Source: Bacillales bacterium (GTDB lineage: Bacteria; Bacillota_I; Bacilli_A; RF39; UBA660). From it: DNA of 64,000 bases. Both the position numbers and the translations under genes were made by a program. The notes under the pieces are model-generated. The model made no database searches. It saw nothing but the letters and a program-made list of their open reading frames with translations, and was not told the DNA's origin. This document shows positions 34,120 to 44,366 of this stretch, in pieces (position 1 is the first letter of the stretch; each line of letters opens with the position of its first letter). The stretch spans positions 1,115 through 65,114 of the forward strand of contig JAEEVN010000003.1 of NCBI GenBank assembly GCA_016290885.1, given 5' to 3'.

Positions 34120-34422
34120 ATGGTAAAAAAAGCATTAGTTGTTTCAGCAACATTAATAACAATTATCGTAATTATTAGTATCATAATATCTATAATTAAT
34201 CTTAAAACTGCTAAACCTGCAGTATTTAGGAGTGTTGTATCATATGATTCAGAGGTAAATACCATAGTAATTGCACCTCAAAACAGTGGAACTGATAACA
34301 ACAATATTCCACTAATATCAAATATGTTAAGATATGAAAGTACTATTACAATTTCAACAGTTATATTAGTTATAATATTCTTGTTATTATTTTATGGAAC
34401 TAAAAGAAGTAAAGGTTGGTAA
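34120..34422 (+). CDS. Hypothetical membrane protein (TM at both ends)
   Basis: TTGATT-17 nt-TATACT lies at 34075-34103, with a weak GGGTGG RBS. Preferred over the overlapping minus-strand ORF, but weakly supported. Confidence 0.4.
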   Translation: MVKKALVVSATLITIIVIISIIISIINLKTAKPAVFRSVVSYDSEVNTIVIAPQNSGTDNNNIPLISNMLRYESTITISTVILVIIFLLLFYGTKRSKGW

Positions 34423-34426
34423 TCCT

Positions 34427-35779
34427 TTACTTCTTTTTTAGTTTTAATTCTTGTATATAATTTATACCTAAAGTAGCGAGTGCAAATACTGATACATGTA
34501 CAAAGTATAAATATCTTGGTTGAATCTCTATAAATAAGTATATTCCAAATGTTATTAATATCATTATAAGTAGGAATAACACTTCATTTTTAATATTCTT
34601 TCTATTAATAAATAATCCTAATAACATTAAAGTTAATATTATTATATTTATTCCTTTATTTAAGATAATAGCCATATCTTTAATTCTAGAGAATTTAATA
34701 TTTATACCAAGTATATTAAAACTTTTGTCATTAAAGCTTCCCATTTCATCTTCTAATCCTGAAGATAACCAGAATCTATCTACTTTGCATACCATTAGTT
34801 TCCCAGTTCTAATTGGATCTTCTAATGCTCTTCTTTTTATTTCATTCATTTCTATTTCTTTAGATACTTGGAATCTAGCATCATCTTCTACATAATATCC
34901 ACAAGATTCATAATTAAATCCTAATAAGAATTTCCATAATGGATCTTTATTTTGAAGTCCTGATGGATTAATATTACTAACTTTTACTAGGAATGATGCA
35001 CCATTACATAGAATAAAATATGATGATAAGAATATTAATAGAGATATTATAATCTTTTTAATATTCTCTTTTTTTAGTGTAATTAGTTTATAAATAATTA
35101 CTGTTAATACTATTATTATCCCTTCTGGTCTTATTAAATTACCAAGTGCAATAAGTATTCCTCCAAACAAATAATCTTTATATTTGGGTTCTTCTTTTAA
35201 TAAGAAGAATATACCTATATAACTAAGTAATGTTGCTAAATGTGAATTTAATAATACAGAGTTTAAGAATAAATAGAACGGGAAAATCATATATAGCATT
35301 GATACTATTCTAGAGGATTTTTCATTCTTGCTTATCTTTAAACCTAATTTATATACTATTACTACTATTAATGAAGAATATATAACATTTAATAGTTTCA
35401 ATATAAATATACTATTAAATAGTTTTAATAATACTCCTTGATATATAACAAATGCTGTTTGATATCCCCAAGTATGAAAATGATACCAAGTATTAAAACT
35501 ATAATCTCCTTTCGCAAACATTTTTGATGCTTCAAGTAATGTCTTAAAGTCATATACCTGTTCAAAATTAGCAATCATTATAAATATTAGTCTTATTATT
35601 AAACTAACAGCAAATAGTATAAGACCAAAGTGTTTTATTTTTCTAGTAGATATAAATATAGATATTATACCTGCTAATATTAATAAGATTATATTGTTTG
35701 AAAATAAATATAAGAGTAATAACAATGATAGTATTACTATACCAATATAAGTTAATATTTTAGACAATTTTTCATTCAT
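34427..35779 (-). CDS. Polytopic membrane protein, GT-C (ArnT/PMT-like) glycosyltransferase fold suspected
   Basis: 450 aa with ~12 TM segments and one larger loop. The call is from architecture only. Confidence 0.4.
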   Translation of the reverse strand: MNEKLSKILTYIGIVILSLLLLLYLFSNNIILLILAGIISIFISTRKIKHFGLILFAVSLIIRLIFIMIANFEQVYDFKTLLEASKMFAKGDYSFNTWYHFHTWGYQTAFVIYQGVLLKLFNSIFILKLLNVIYSSLIVVIVYKLGLKISKNEKSSRIVSMLYMIFPFYLFLNSVLLNSHLATLLSYIGIFFLLKEEPKYKDYLFGGILIALGNLIRPEGIIIVLTVIIYKLITLKKENIKKIIISLLIFLSSYFILCNGASFLVKVSNINPSGLQNKDPLWKFLLGFNYESCGYYVEDDARFQVSKEIEMNEIKRRALEDPIRTGKLMVCKVDRFWLSSGLEDEMGSFNDKSFNILGINIKFSRIKDMAIILNKGINIIILTLMLLGLFINRKNIKNEVLFLLIMILITFGIYLFIEIQPRYLYFVHVSVFALATLGINYIQELKLKKK

Positions 35780-35787
35780 AAATACTC

Positions 35788-36885
35788 CTATACATTAAAT
35801 CTAAAGAAAACTATATCTCCGTCTTGCATTAAATATTCTTTACCCTCTAATCTCATTCTTCCATTTTCTTTAGCACCTTTTTCTCCACCGAATTCCTTAT
35901 AATCTTCAAAAGAAGTTACTTCTGCTCTAATAAAACCTTTTTCAAAGTCAGAATGGATAATTCCTGCGCATTCTGGTGCTTTCATACCTTTTCTAAATGT
36001 CCATGCCTTGCATTCATCTTTACCTGCAGTAAAGAATGTTGCTAATCCTAATAAATCATATGTTGCTCTTATTAATTTATCTAATCCTGATTCTTCAATA
36101 CCTAAATCTTCTAAGAATAAATCTCTATCTTCATCAGATAATTCACTTAATTCACTTTCTACTTTAGCACTTAACATAACTACTTTAGCATTTTCTTTAG
36201 AAGCATGTTCTTTAACCATTTCTACATATTCATTGCCAGTCTTTATATCTTCTTCAGATACATTAGCCATATATATAATAGGTTTTTTAGTTAATAAATT
36301 AAAGTTTTTAAGTATTTTATCTTCATCTTCAGTATATTCTAGTCTTCTTGCTGGTATATTTTGTTCAAGAACATATTTTACTTTTCTTAAAGCACTTACT
36401 TCCTCTAAAGCCTCTTTATCTTTTGAAGTAACTGCCTTCTTCTCTATTTTATCTAATCTATTATTAACTATATCTAAATCACTTATAATTAATTCTAAGT
36501 CAATTATTTCAATATCTCTTATTGGATCAATATCTCCCTCAACATGAGTTATATTTGGATCTTTAAAACATCTAACTACTTCACAAATAGCATCAACTTC
36601 TCTAATATGAGATAAAAATTTATTCCCTAAACCTTCGCCTTTAGATGCTCCTTTAACTAATCCTGCTATATCAATAAATTCATAAGCTGTTGGTATAACT
36701 CTTTCTGGTGATTCTTGTTCTGCTAAGTATTCTAATCTTTCATCCTTTACTGTAACTATACCTACATTTGGTTCAATTGTTGCAAAAGGATAGTTAGCTG
36801 CTAATATATTCTTTTTTGTTATTGCATTAAATAGTGTAGATTTTCCAACATTTGGAAGTCCAACTATTCCGGCTGTTAATCCCAT
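35788..36885 (-). CDS. ychF: Redox-regulated ATPase YchF
   Basis: GIVGLPNVGKSTLFNA, and a C-terminal TGS-like region with KAWTFRKG and FIRAEV. Confidence 0.95.
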   Translation of the reverse strand: MGLTAGIVGLPNVGKSTLFNAITKKNILAANYPFATIEPNVGIVTVKDERLEYLAEQESPERVIPTAYEFIDIAGLVKGASKGEGLGNKFLSHIREVDAICEVVRCFKDPNITHVEGDIDPIRDIEIIDLELIISDLDIVNNRLDKIEKKAVTSKDKEALEEVSALRKVKYVLEQNIPARRLEYTEDEDKILKNFNLLTKKPIIYMANVSEEDIKTGNEYVEMVKEHASKENAKVVMLSAKVESELSELSDEDRDLFLEDLGIEESGLDKLIRATYDLLGLATFFTAGKDECKAWTFRKGMKAPECAGIIHSDFEKGFIRAEVTSFEDYKEFGGEKGAKENGRMRLEGKEYLMQDGDIVFFRFNV

Positions 36886-36950
36886 TATGTATCCCTCATT
36901 TCTCTATATCAAGTATATCATTAAACAAACAAAAAAGCATCAATTGATGC

Positions 36951-38465
36951 TTAAATTGTTGGATTAATTTTAGGTCCTATAGGAGCTCCTAAAATATACC
37001 ATGCCATTACTATAAATAAGAATAGTATTGCTATACCTATAAGATATGGCATTAATAAACTATAACATTTTTTAATACTAAAATCATTCTTATTATATAA
37101 TCCCATATATCCTACATATATTGCAAAATAAGGAAATACTGGTGTTACAATATTTGAAATACCAGATGCTAATCTAAATATTCCTCCAACAAATGCTGGT
37201 GTTATATTAGATTTCATAAATTGAGTCATCATTGCTGGTGCAAACATACCCCATTTGTCTGCGAATGATGATAAGAATAATCCAGATAATGCTATTGCTA
37301 TAAATGAGAATATAATTAGTAATACAAACGAGAAGTTAGCACTTCTTAATATACTAAATAACATCGCTACTATTACTTCGCCAATTTTACTATATTTAAA
37401 TAATGCTATCCAAAGTGAAGCAAAGAATATAATTAATAATAATTCTCCAATATTATTTAAATTGCTAGTTAAAATCTTAATTATGTCTTTATCTGATTGA
37501 ATTTGTTTTGTTATATATCCATATACTACTGAAGCAATTAATCCAGTAAATGAAATAATAAATAATATACCATTTACAAACGGAGAATTAGCTCCAAATA
37601 GTTTATTAACATATAATTCTTGTTTATTATCTAGTAATGCTCCAGATAATGGTAAATTAGGAATAATAGCATATATAGATAATACTGCTACTATAGCAAC
37701 TACTATAATTGCATATTTTAAACCTTTTTTCTTTAGTTTTGGATCTAGTTCTACTTCATCTTCACTTATTCTAACTGGTTTTTTTCTAGAAATGAATTCA
37801 GTTATTACTGCGATTAATAATGCAAGTAATAAACTAGATACTACTATTAAGAATAAATCTCCACTATATCCATAAGAATAGTCCATATTTATAGTTTTAA
37901 CACTATTTCTAGCAAGTTCTACTATACTGTAATCAAGTGATGTTATAAATAAATTAATATTTGCCCCTGCAGCTACTGATACAAAAGCCATTGTCATACC
38001 AATAACTTGGCTTCTTTTATATTCAGTAAATAGTGCAAATGCTATAGGAATCATAATAACAAATGCTAGATCTTGTGAGAATCCCATTACTATACATAAT
38101 AATGAGAATATAAAGAACATAACTACTCTTGGTACATATCTAGATATTTTACTAAATACTTCTTTAAGTAATCCTGTCTTTATTAATGATCCCATTCCTA
38201 TTAAACCTACTATTACAGTTCCAAGTGGTACAAATTTCAAGAAATTATTAATAGTTTCTCCTAAAATAAATTTTAATCCACTTAATGTTAATAAAGATCT
38301 AACAGTTAATATAGTAGTAGTTACTGTACCACTTTGATTAACTTGATATTCTACACCTTGTAAGTTTATTAATGAGAATATAAAACTCAAGAATATAACT
38401 ATACCACTAAGTAATATAAAGAACCAAACGGGATGTAATCCTCTTTTTTTCTTTATTTCTTCCAT
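36951..38465 (-). CDS. AbgT family transporter
   Basis: The HPVWFFILL start region and SLLTLSGLKFILGETINNFLKFVPLGTVIVGLIG match AbgT-family N-termini. Start moved to the ATG at 38465 (GGAGGAA RBS). Confidence 0.65.
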   Translation of the reverse strand: MEEIKKKRGLHPVWFFILLSGIVIFLSFIFSLINLQGVEYQVNQSGTVTTTILTVRSLLTLSGLKFILGETINNFLKFVPLGTVIVGLIGMGSLIKTGLLKEVFSKISRYVPRVVMFFIFSLLCIVMGFSQDLAFVIMIPIAFALFTEYKRSQVIGMTMAFVSVAAGANINLFITSLDYSIVELARNSVKTINMDYSYGYSGDLFLIVVSSLLLALLIAVITEFISRKKPVRISEDEVELDPKLKKKGLKYAIIVVAIVAVLSIYAIIPNLPLSGALLDNKQELYVNKLFGANSPFVNGILFIISFTGLIASVVYGYITKQIQSDKDIIKILTSNLNNIGELLLIIFFASLWIALFKYSKIGEVIVAMLFSILRSANFSFVLLIIFSFIAIALSGLFLSSFADKWGMFAPAMMTQFMKSNITPAFVGGIFRLASGISNIVTPVFPYFAIYVGYMGLYNKNDFSIKKCYSLLMPYLIGIAILFLFIVMAWYILGAPIGPKINPTI

Positions 38466-38466
38466 A

Positions 38467-38652
38467 CTATTCCTCCACAACCTTTTTAATCTTTTTATTA
38501 AATTCAACTCTTGGAAGCATTATAGTTCTTCCACAGTTAACACATTTTATTTTAATATCTACCCCAACTCTAACTACTTCAAATAGATTAGTTTTACAAG
38601 GGTGTTCTTTTTTCATTATTACTTTAGAACCTAATTTATAATTATTTTGCAT
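38467..38652 (-). CDS. DUF951 family protein (YyzM-like)
   Basis: MKKEHPC...VGVDIKIKCVNCGRTIMLPRVEFNKKIKK. Conserved position near ychF and parB. Confidence 0.7.
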   Translation of the reverse strand: MQNNYKLGSKVIMKKEHPCKTNLFEVVRVGVDIKIKCVNCGRTIMLPRVEFNKKIKKVVEE

Positions 38653-39445
38653 TGTGCACCTCTATTTGTGTATATGGAATATTTATATTATTCTTATCAA
38701 AAGTAATTTTTATTTCCTTTAATATCTTTCTTTTAGCAGTAAATTTATCTTTAATACTAATAATTGCACTTATTCTATAAACTACTGAAGAAGAAGATAA
38801 TTCTTCTATACCAGGAGCTAATACTATTTCATCAAACATTTCATCTTTACTAAGATTTTTAACTATTTCTTTTAAAACAGATTCTATAGTTTCATATTTT
38901 TCTTCATATGGAGCATTAACATTTATTAGTAACATAATCTTATTTAAACTATAATTAGTTACTTCTGTTATATTCCTATTAGATATAATTCTAACTTCAT
39001 TAGTTAATGATTTTAATCTAGTAGATTTAAAATTAAAATTAACTACTTCTCCTTTAAAACCATTTATTTCAACATAATCTCCTAAAGAGAATGTATCCTC
39101 CATAATTATAGATATACCTACTAAAATATCTTTTAATAGATCTTGAAATACTAAACCTATAACTACTGATAAAGCTCCAATACTTGTTATTAAAGCAGTA
39201 GTATTAACATGCCATATAGCAAGTAAACTAATACAAGCAATAGTTATTATTACGTATTTAGATACATTTTTTAATAATACTAATACAGTCTTTCTTCTAT
39301 TTTTTTCATGTTTGTTCTTTTCTGATTTAACATTAACTATTCTTTTGATTATTGATTTAATTATAATGTATAAAACAAATGCTGCTAATATTATTATTAA
39401 ACTTTGTATTACTTCTGATGGAATCTTTTTATCAAATATTTCCAT
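38642..39445 (-). CDS. Small-conductance mechanosensitive channel (MscS family)
   Basis: Three TM helices, then GDYVEINGFKGEVVNFNFKSTRLKS...IISN. Confidence 0.8.
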   Translation of the reverse strand: MEIFDKKIPSEVIQSLIIILAAFVLYIIIKSIIKRIVNVKSEKNKHEKNRRKTVLVLLKNVSKYVIITIACISLLAIWHVNTTALITSIGALSVVIGLVFQDLLKDILVGISIIMEDTFSLGDYVEINGFKGEVVNFNFKSTRLKSLTNEVRIISNRNITEVTNYSLNKIMLLINVNAPYEEKYETIESVLKEIVKNLSKDEMFDEIVLAPGIEELSSSSVVYRISAIISIKDKFTAKRKILKEIKITFDKNNINIPYTQIEVHNAK

Positions 39446-39455
39446 AACTCACCTT

Positions 39456-40343
39456 CTATTCATCTATATCAAAATTCATTATTTCTAGTATTCTATTTAG
39501 ATCTTGTACATTTTCAAAACTAATAGTAATTTTTTTATCACTAATTTTTACTTTAGTACCTAATTTTTCTTTTAGTTTTCTCTCTAAAACATCATACTTT
39601 CCATCTTTTGGTTTTCTTATAACAGGTGATGATTTTTTAATATCTGTATTAGAAGATATTTCTTCAAGTTCCCTAACACTTAAATCTTGTCTTATAACTT
39701 GATCTGCTAATTCATTTATTTTATCAATATTTTCTAATTTACTAAGTACTCTAGCATGTCCCATACTAATTTTATTATAAAGTACTAAATCTTGAACATT
39801 AGTAGGTAATTTTAATAGACCTAACATATTAGTTATATGACTTCTACTCTTACCAACTCTCCTAGCTAGTTCATCTTGAGTAATATTAGATGCATCAATT
39901 ATAGATTTATAAGCTTTTGCTTCTTCTATAGCAGTTAAATCTTCTCTTTGAAGATTTTCTAGTAAGCTTATTTGCATCATTTCATCATCTGAGAAATCTT
40001 CTATAATTGCAGGGATAGTAGTTAATCCAGCTTTTTTAGATGCTCTAAATCTTCTTTCTCCTGCTACTATATCATAACCTTTAACAGTCTTTTTAACTAT
40101 AATTGGTTGAAATACACCATGTTCTTTAATAGAAGCAGCTAATTCATTTAATGCTTCTTCATCAAATTTCTTTCTAGGTTGGTAAGGATTTGGTCTTAAA
40201 TCACTTAAATTAAGTTCTACTATAGAATTATTTTGTCTTGCATTATCAACTATATCATTTTCAATATCTTCAAATGTATTGATATTTTCATCACTAAATA
40301 ATTGTTCTAGTCCTCTACCTAGTGCCTTTCTCTTCTCTTGCAT
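39456..40343 (-). CDS. parB: Chromosome partitioning protein ParB/Spo0J
   Basis: ALGRGLEQLF, NPYQPRK, IVAGERRFRA, and the HTH region. The start is ambiguous (ATG 40343 or TTG 40352). Confidence 0.9.
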   Translation of the reverse strand: MQEKRKALGRGLEQLFSDENINTFEDIENDIVDNARQNNSIVELNLSDLRPNPYQPRKKFDEEALNELAASIKEHGVFQPIIVKKTVKGYDIVAGERRFRASKKAGLTTIPAIIEDFSDDEMMQISLLENLQREDLTAIEEAKAYKSIIDASNITQDELARRVGKSRSHITNMLGLLKLPTNVQDLVLYNKISMGHARVLSKLENIDKINELADQVIRQDLSVRELEEISSNTDIKKSSPVIRKPKDGKYDVLERKLKEKLGTKVKISDKKITISFENVQDLNRILEIMNFDIDE

Positions 40344-41118
40344 TTCTATCAATTACCTCCTTTGCTAAATTAATATACGCAGTAGATCCTTTACTCTTTG
40401 AGTTATAGTATGATATTGGTTTACCATGACTTGGAGCTTCTGCTAGTACTATTAATCTTGGTACTATTGTATCATAAACTTTTTCTTTAAAGAAACTTCT
40501 TATATTCTCTACTACATCAAGACCAAGAATAGTTCTTGAATCTAACATAGTAAGAACAACTCCCTCTATTTCAAGATTAGGATTAACTTTCTTTCTAGCA
40601 ACTTGTATTGTATTTAATAATTGCATAATTCCTTCTAGTGCAAAGAATTCACATTGTACTGGAATCATTACTGAATTAGATGCTGTTAATGCATTTGTAG
40701 TTATTGTTCCTAAACTTGGAGGACAATCTATTAATATATAGTCATAATTATCTTTAATTTCATCTAATACTCTTTTTAATTGAGCACCTTTTACTAGAGT
40801 TGGATCTTCTTTTTGCATATTATTTAGTTCCATATCTAGTACTGCTAGATTTATACTAGCAGGCATAATATCTAAATTTTTAAACTTAGTTTTTACTATT
40901 ACTTCACTAGCTGTTTTCTTATTTATTAAAGCTTCATTAATACTAGCTGTTAAAGTACCTTTTTCTACTCCTACGCCTGTAGTAGCATTACCTTGTGGAT
41001 CTATATCTACTAATAGAACCTTTTTATCTAATAGTCCTAATGATGCTGCTAAATTTATACTAGTAGTAGTTTTCCCAACTCCACCTTTTTGATTTACTAA
41101 AGATATTATTTTGCCCAT
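40315..41118 (-). CDS. soj: ParA/Soj partitioning ATPase
   Basis: Deviant Walker A NQKGGVGKTTT, plus DCPPSLG. Confidence 0.9.
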   Translation of the reverse strand: MGKIISLVNQKGGVGKTTTSINLAASLGLLDKKVLLVDIDPQGNATTGVGVEKGTLTASINEALINKKTASEVIVKTKFKNLDIMPASINLAVLDMELNNMQKEDPTLVKGAQLKRVLDEIKDNYDYILIDCPPSLGTITTNALTASNSVMIPVQCEFFALEGIMQLLNTIQVARKKVNPNLEIEGVVLTMLDSRTILGLDVVENIRSFFKEKVYDTIVPRLIVLAEAPSHGKPISYYNSKSKGSTAYINLAKEVIDRNAREEKGTR

Positions 41119-41213
41119 ATTAACACCTACTTTATCTCTTTAATGACTAATATATATTTTATCAAATAATGACTTTTTTTTAAATGCTTTTATAATAAAA
41201 AAATAAAAAAAGA

Positions 41214-42008
41214 CTATGGCCTAGTCTTTTTAAATGCATATATTTTATTATTAACATTAACCCCATGGTCTCTAGCATCTTTTACCATTTCACTCATAGT
41301 TCTTATATGCATAACCCACTTATTATTTTTATTAGCAAAAATTCCTTCAGTTTTTTCTTCTATTTCTTTATCAGTCATAGAAATTTGTTTGCAATCATCT
41401 AATAAATGATATGCTCTAAATAAATATGCTATTACTGCATTAACTTCACAACCACAGTTTTTACAATGTTTTTCATAATACTCTGTTAATTGTTCAATTA
41501 GAATTTCGAAGAATTTTTCTCTTGATTCATAATTAATCCAATCTCTACCAAGGTTTTGAGAAAATTTTTGAATAAATTCATCAATACCTTTTGAAACATG
41601 TAAGTTTGACTTAACAAATTCACCTAAATCTTTATCTTGTTCAGAAATAGATTTAATTATATATTCATTTGGTTTATCATTTATAAAAGAATGATAACTA
41701 GGATATTCTTCATGAATTCTAGCTGTTACATCTTGTCTTACTGTTAATGCTTCATTAGCCATTCTTGTTGCAAAATATTCTAAACAAGTTTCATGATCTT
41801 TATAGTTTGCTACAAAATAATTAAATCCCATAGTTTTGCTTGGATCTTTAACTCCTCTAAGAGCATTTTCTTTTTCTTCGTTATATACGCCATTTATAAT
41901 TATCTCAGCAATTTTTCTTTTTTCTTTGCTTTCTGTTGTTGCATATATAGTTAAATTTTTTTCTAAAAATCTTTGCATTCTTATATCGTTGTTATTTATT
42001 GTAGTCAT
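41214..42008 (-). CDS. Hypothetical protein
   Basis: 264-aa ORF with no motif recognised. Confidence 0.5.
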   Translation of the reverse strand: MTTINNNDIRMQRFLEKNLTIYATTESKEKRKIAEIIINGVYNEEKENALRGVKDPSKTMGFNYFVANYKDHETCLEYFATRMANEALTVRQDVTARIHEEYPSYHSFINDKPNEYIIKSISEQDKDLGEFVKSNLHVSKGIDEFIQKFSQNLGRDWINYESREKFFEILIEQLTEYYEKHCKNCGCEVNAVIAYLFRAYHLLDDCKQISMTDKEIEEKTEGIFANKNNKWVMHIRTMSEMVKDARDHGVNVNNKIYAFKKTRP

Positions 42009-42106
42009 TTCTCTTACCTCTCGTGTAAGTAATAGGTTAACACCAAAATATAATTAAGTCAATTGATATATACTTATTTTTTGTAATATGTTAAAATATT
42101 TATACA

Positions 42107-42226
42107 TCTTATAAAGAGAGACGGAGGGACTAGCCCTATGAAGTCTCACCAACCTATTAAGTTAGGTGGTAATGCTAGATCTATAAGATATCTTTAAAGG
42201 CTCAGATATCTGAGTCTTTTTCTTTT
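42107..42226 (+). promoter_or_regulatory. S-box (SAM-I-type) riboswitch with intrinsic terminator
   Basis: TCTTATAAAGAGAGACGGAGGGACTAGCCCTATGAAGTCTCACCAACC...AGGTGGTAATGC...TATAAGA matches the S-box core (P1 TCTTATA/TATAAGA, GGAGGGA...GCCC, GAGAC/GTCTC). P4 looks very short. The terminator is GGCTCAG-atat-CTGAGTC plus TTTTTCTTTT at 42199-42226. Confidence 0.7.
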
Positions 42227-42251
42227 CTAGCAAGATGTAGAAAGGAGTTTT

Positions 42252-42419
42252 ATGAATAAGACGGTGGAAAACAAAATAAGGAATGCCTCTATTGAAGAAT
42301 TAGATAAATGGATAGATAGTCTGCCAAGAACTTTTATGAAGGCAATATTATATCAACAAATAAAATCCGTTAGACCAGACTATGTACCGAAACATAAAAG
42401 AAAAAAACTAGTTATTTAA
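42252..42419 (+). CDS. Unannotated 55-aa ORF downstream of the SAM riboswitch
   Basis: AAAGGAG RBS 5 nt upstream. Translation: MNKTVENKIRNASIEELDKWIDSLPRTFMKAILYQQIKSVRPDYVPKHKRKKLVI. Converges on def with an 8-nt overlap. No similarity recognised. Confidence 0.45.
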   Translation: MNKTVENKIRNASIEELDKWIDSLPRTFMKAILYQQIKSVRPDYVPKHKRKKLVI

Positions 42420-42432
42420 CTAGTTTTTTTGG
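42402..42432. terminator. Bidirectional hairpin between the small ORF and def
   Basis: AAAAAAACTAGTTA-tt-TAACTAGTTTTTTT, palindromic with A/T runs on both sides. Confidence 0.55.
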
Positions 42433-43011
42433 TTTATATTCACAATCCTCAGAAATTACATTATACTTATGAGCAGCTCTATATTCTCTCATTTCAGTTA
42501 ATGTCATCTTTGAAGATTCATCAATTCTATCCATATGTAATATACCATCTAAATGGTCATATTCATGGCAGAAAACTGTTACTTCAAAGTCTTTTATAGT
42601 TTTGCTTTGTCTTTTACCTTCAATATCAGTATATTCTATATCTATTTTATATGGTCTATCTACAACACCAACGATATAATTACCATCAGCATCAATACAA
42701 CTTTCACATCCTTCTAGGAATTGTGTATGACCATATGCCTTCTTTATTACAGGATTTATATATATAATACTTTCATTATGACTACCATCATAATTTTTTG
42801 ACATATCAGAAGATGTATTTCTTATATATATTAATCTTTTTGGAATACCTATTTGAACTGGAGACAACGCATAAACTACATTTGTTTCACAATATTCTTT
42901 TAGTTTACTTATATATTCTTTATAATCATCTTTTTCAAAATCAACTTCAGTTGATCTTTGTTTTAGATAATCATATCCTTTTTTTGTTACTATTGTAATT
43001 CTTTGTCCCAT
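42412..43011 (-). CDS. def: Peptide deformylase (divergent)
   Basis: EGCES (EGCLS-type motif) and HEYDHLDG (HExxH). Motif 1 is divergent (LSPVQIG). Confidence 0.75.
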   Translation of the reverse strand: MGQRITIVTKKGYDYLKQRSTEVDFEKDDYKEYISKLKEYCETNVVYALSPVQIGIPKRLIYIRNTSSDMSKNYDGSHNESIIYINPVIKKAYGHTQFLEGCESCIDADGNYIVGVVDRPYKIDIEYTDIEGKRQSKTIKDFEVTVFCHEYDHLDGILHMDRIDESSKMTLTEMREYRAAHKYNVISEDCEYKPKKLVK

Positions 43012-43021
43012 ATTACCCTCT

Positions 43022-43507
43022 TTAAATTATATTTTCATATACTTTTGGTTTTCTTCTTTGTGCTTTTTTAAAATAATCCTCTAATTCTTCCATAGAGAAT
43101 GCAGAATGTAATTCTAAATTATTTGTTGAATCTTGCATACCAAGAAGTATTTGTTCTGTATCCGCGCCTTGTATTGTAGCAATTAAACCTGTACTCATAA
43201 TCTCTGTTGCGATTGTTTCACCATCGGTTTCTATCTTATCAAAACATGTCTTAATAACACTTCTTTGTTCTTCTCCCCAACCTCTAATTGTTGAGTGACA
43301 AACTAAAGCATGATATGTTTTTCCTTTAGCTTTTTTAGTGATTACATCTCCTAGTTCATGCTTTCCTGTATGATATAATTCAGGCCAAACCTTATTTACT
43401 ATAGAATAAGTCATTTTAGAATCTACAAAACCTTCTACATTTATAGGAAAAGCTATATGCTTAGCTTCGGTATCAAAAATTTTATCTTTAACACTATTTA
43501 CTATCAT
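43022..43507 (-). CDS. Hypothetical protein
   Basis: Start moved to the internal ATG at 43507 (MIVNSVKDK...). Any macro-domain-like impression is too weak to call. Confidence 0.45.
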   Translation of the reverse strand: MIVNSVKDKIFDTEAKHIAFPINVEGFVDSKMTYSIVNKVWPELYHTGKHELGDVITKKAKGKTYHALVCHSTIRGWGEEQRSVIKTCFDKIETDGETIATEIMSTGLIATIQGADTEQILLGMQDSTNNLELHSAFSMEELEDYFKKAQRRKPKVYENII

Positions 43508-43573
43508 AAAAACTCCGTTCTTAATGTCCTGAATTATAACATAGCAAATAAAAAATGTCAAAGACTGACATTC

Positions 43574-44350
43574 TTATTTTACATTATTTTTCAACACTTC
43601 TAGTGTTTCATCATGAACAATACCGTTACTAATTACCGCACCTTTAATACTTTGATCATATCTTTGATCATTTCCAAATAAATCTGTAACTTTTCCACCG
43701 GCTTCTTCTACTATTACTTTAGCAGCAGCTATATCACAGTTTTTATGTTTAGTTCCAGGGAATATTGCTAAATTAAAATCTCCATTAGCAACACACATAC
43801 ATGCTCTAATAACACTACCAATACTAACAAAATACGTTTTCTTTCCTAATTCTTTAATAAAATCATATAGATTGTATTCTGCTTCAGGCCACATATCAAA
43901 ATTAGATACACTTCTCATATCATCTAATTTAATATCATTAACTGATATTCTAATATCATTTTTATATGCCCCTTCACCTTTAACTGCCGTATATAAATTA
44001 TCAGTAAACACATCATAAACTACACCTACAGTAGATACACCATCAATTACTAATGCTAGTGAAAATACTGCTACTGGTATATGTCTTGCATACATTGCAG
44101 TACCATCAACTGGATCGCATACCCATACATAATCGCTCTTACCAAATTGTTCTTCTTCTCCATCTACTGAATGATCAGGAAAAGTAGATTTAACTCTTTC
44201 TATAAGTAAACCATTTATTTCAGTATCTGCCTTTGTAACAATAGTTTGATCAAATTTATAATTAGCACCATTATCTTCAGTAAAATACTTTTTCATTATT
44301 TTTCCGGCATCTAATGCCATTTCTTTTGCAAATTCTAAATACTTATCCAT
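43574..44350 (-). CDS. Inositol monophosphatase family protein
   Basis: WVCDPVDGT and DGEEE metal-binding motifs, plus C-terminal AAAKVIVEEAGG. Confidence 0.85.
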   Translation of the reverse strand: MDKYLEFAKEMALDAGKIMKKYFTEDNGANYKFDQTIVTKADTEINGLLIERVKSTFPDHSVDGEEEQFGKSDYVWVCDPVDGTAMYARHIPVAVFSLALVIDGVSTVGVVYDVFTDNLYTAVKGEGAYKNDIRISVNDIKLDDMRSVSNFDMWPEAEYNLYDFIKELGKKTYFVSIGSVIRACMCVANGDFNLAIFPGTKHKNCDIAAAKVIVEEAGGKVTDLFGNDQRYDQSIKGAVISNGIVHDETLEVLKNNVK

Positions 44351-44366
44351 TAATTACTCCATTTTA

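Noticed and set aside
34080-34265. 61-aa minus-strand ORF overlapping the plus-strand 34120-34422 gene
   Set aside because: It lies in the rpsF promoter/leader region with no RBS. The plus-strand ORF has at least a plausible promoter. Both are weak.
36008-36547. 179-aa plus-strand Ser/Leu-rich ORF
   Set aside because: It lies fully inside ychF, which is unambiguous. This is a typical antisense artefact in AT-rich DNA. The same reasoning covers 1918-2124, 2504-2713, 2826-3122, 9195-9422, 14000-14368, 16722-17018, 25109-25297, 37255-37500, 46622-46999, 47007-47318, 49817-50041, 51581-52777, 53678-54232, 54577-55119, 56295-56537, 57367-57660, 58771-59151 and 61204-61428.
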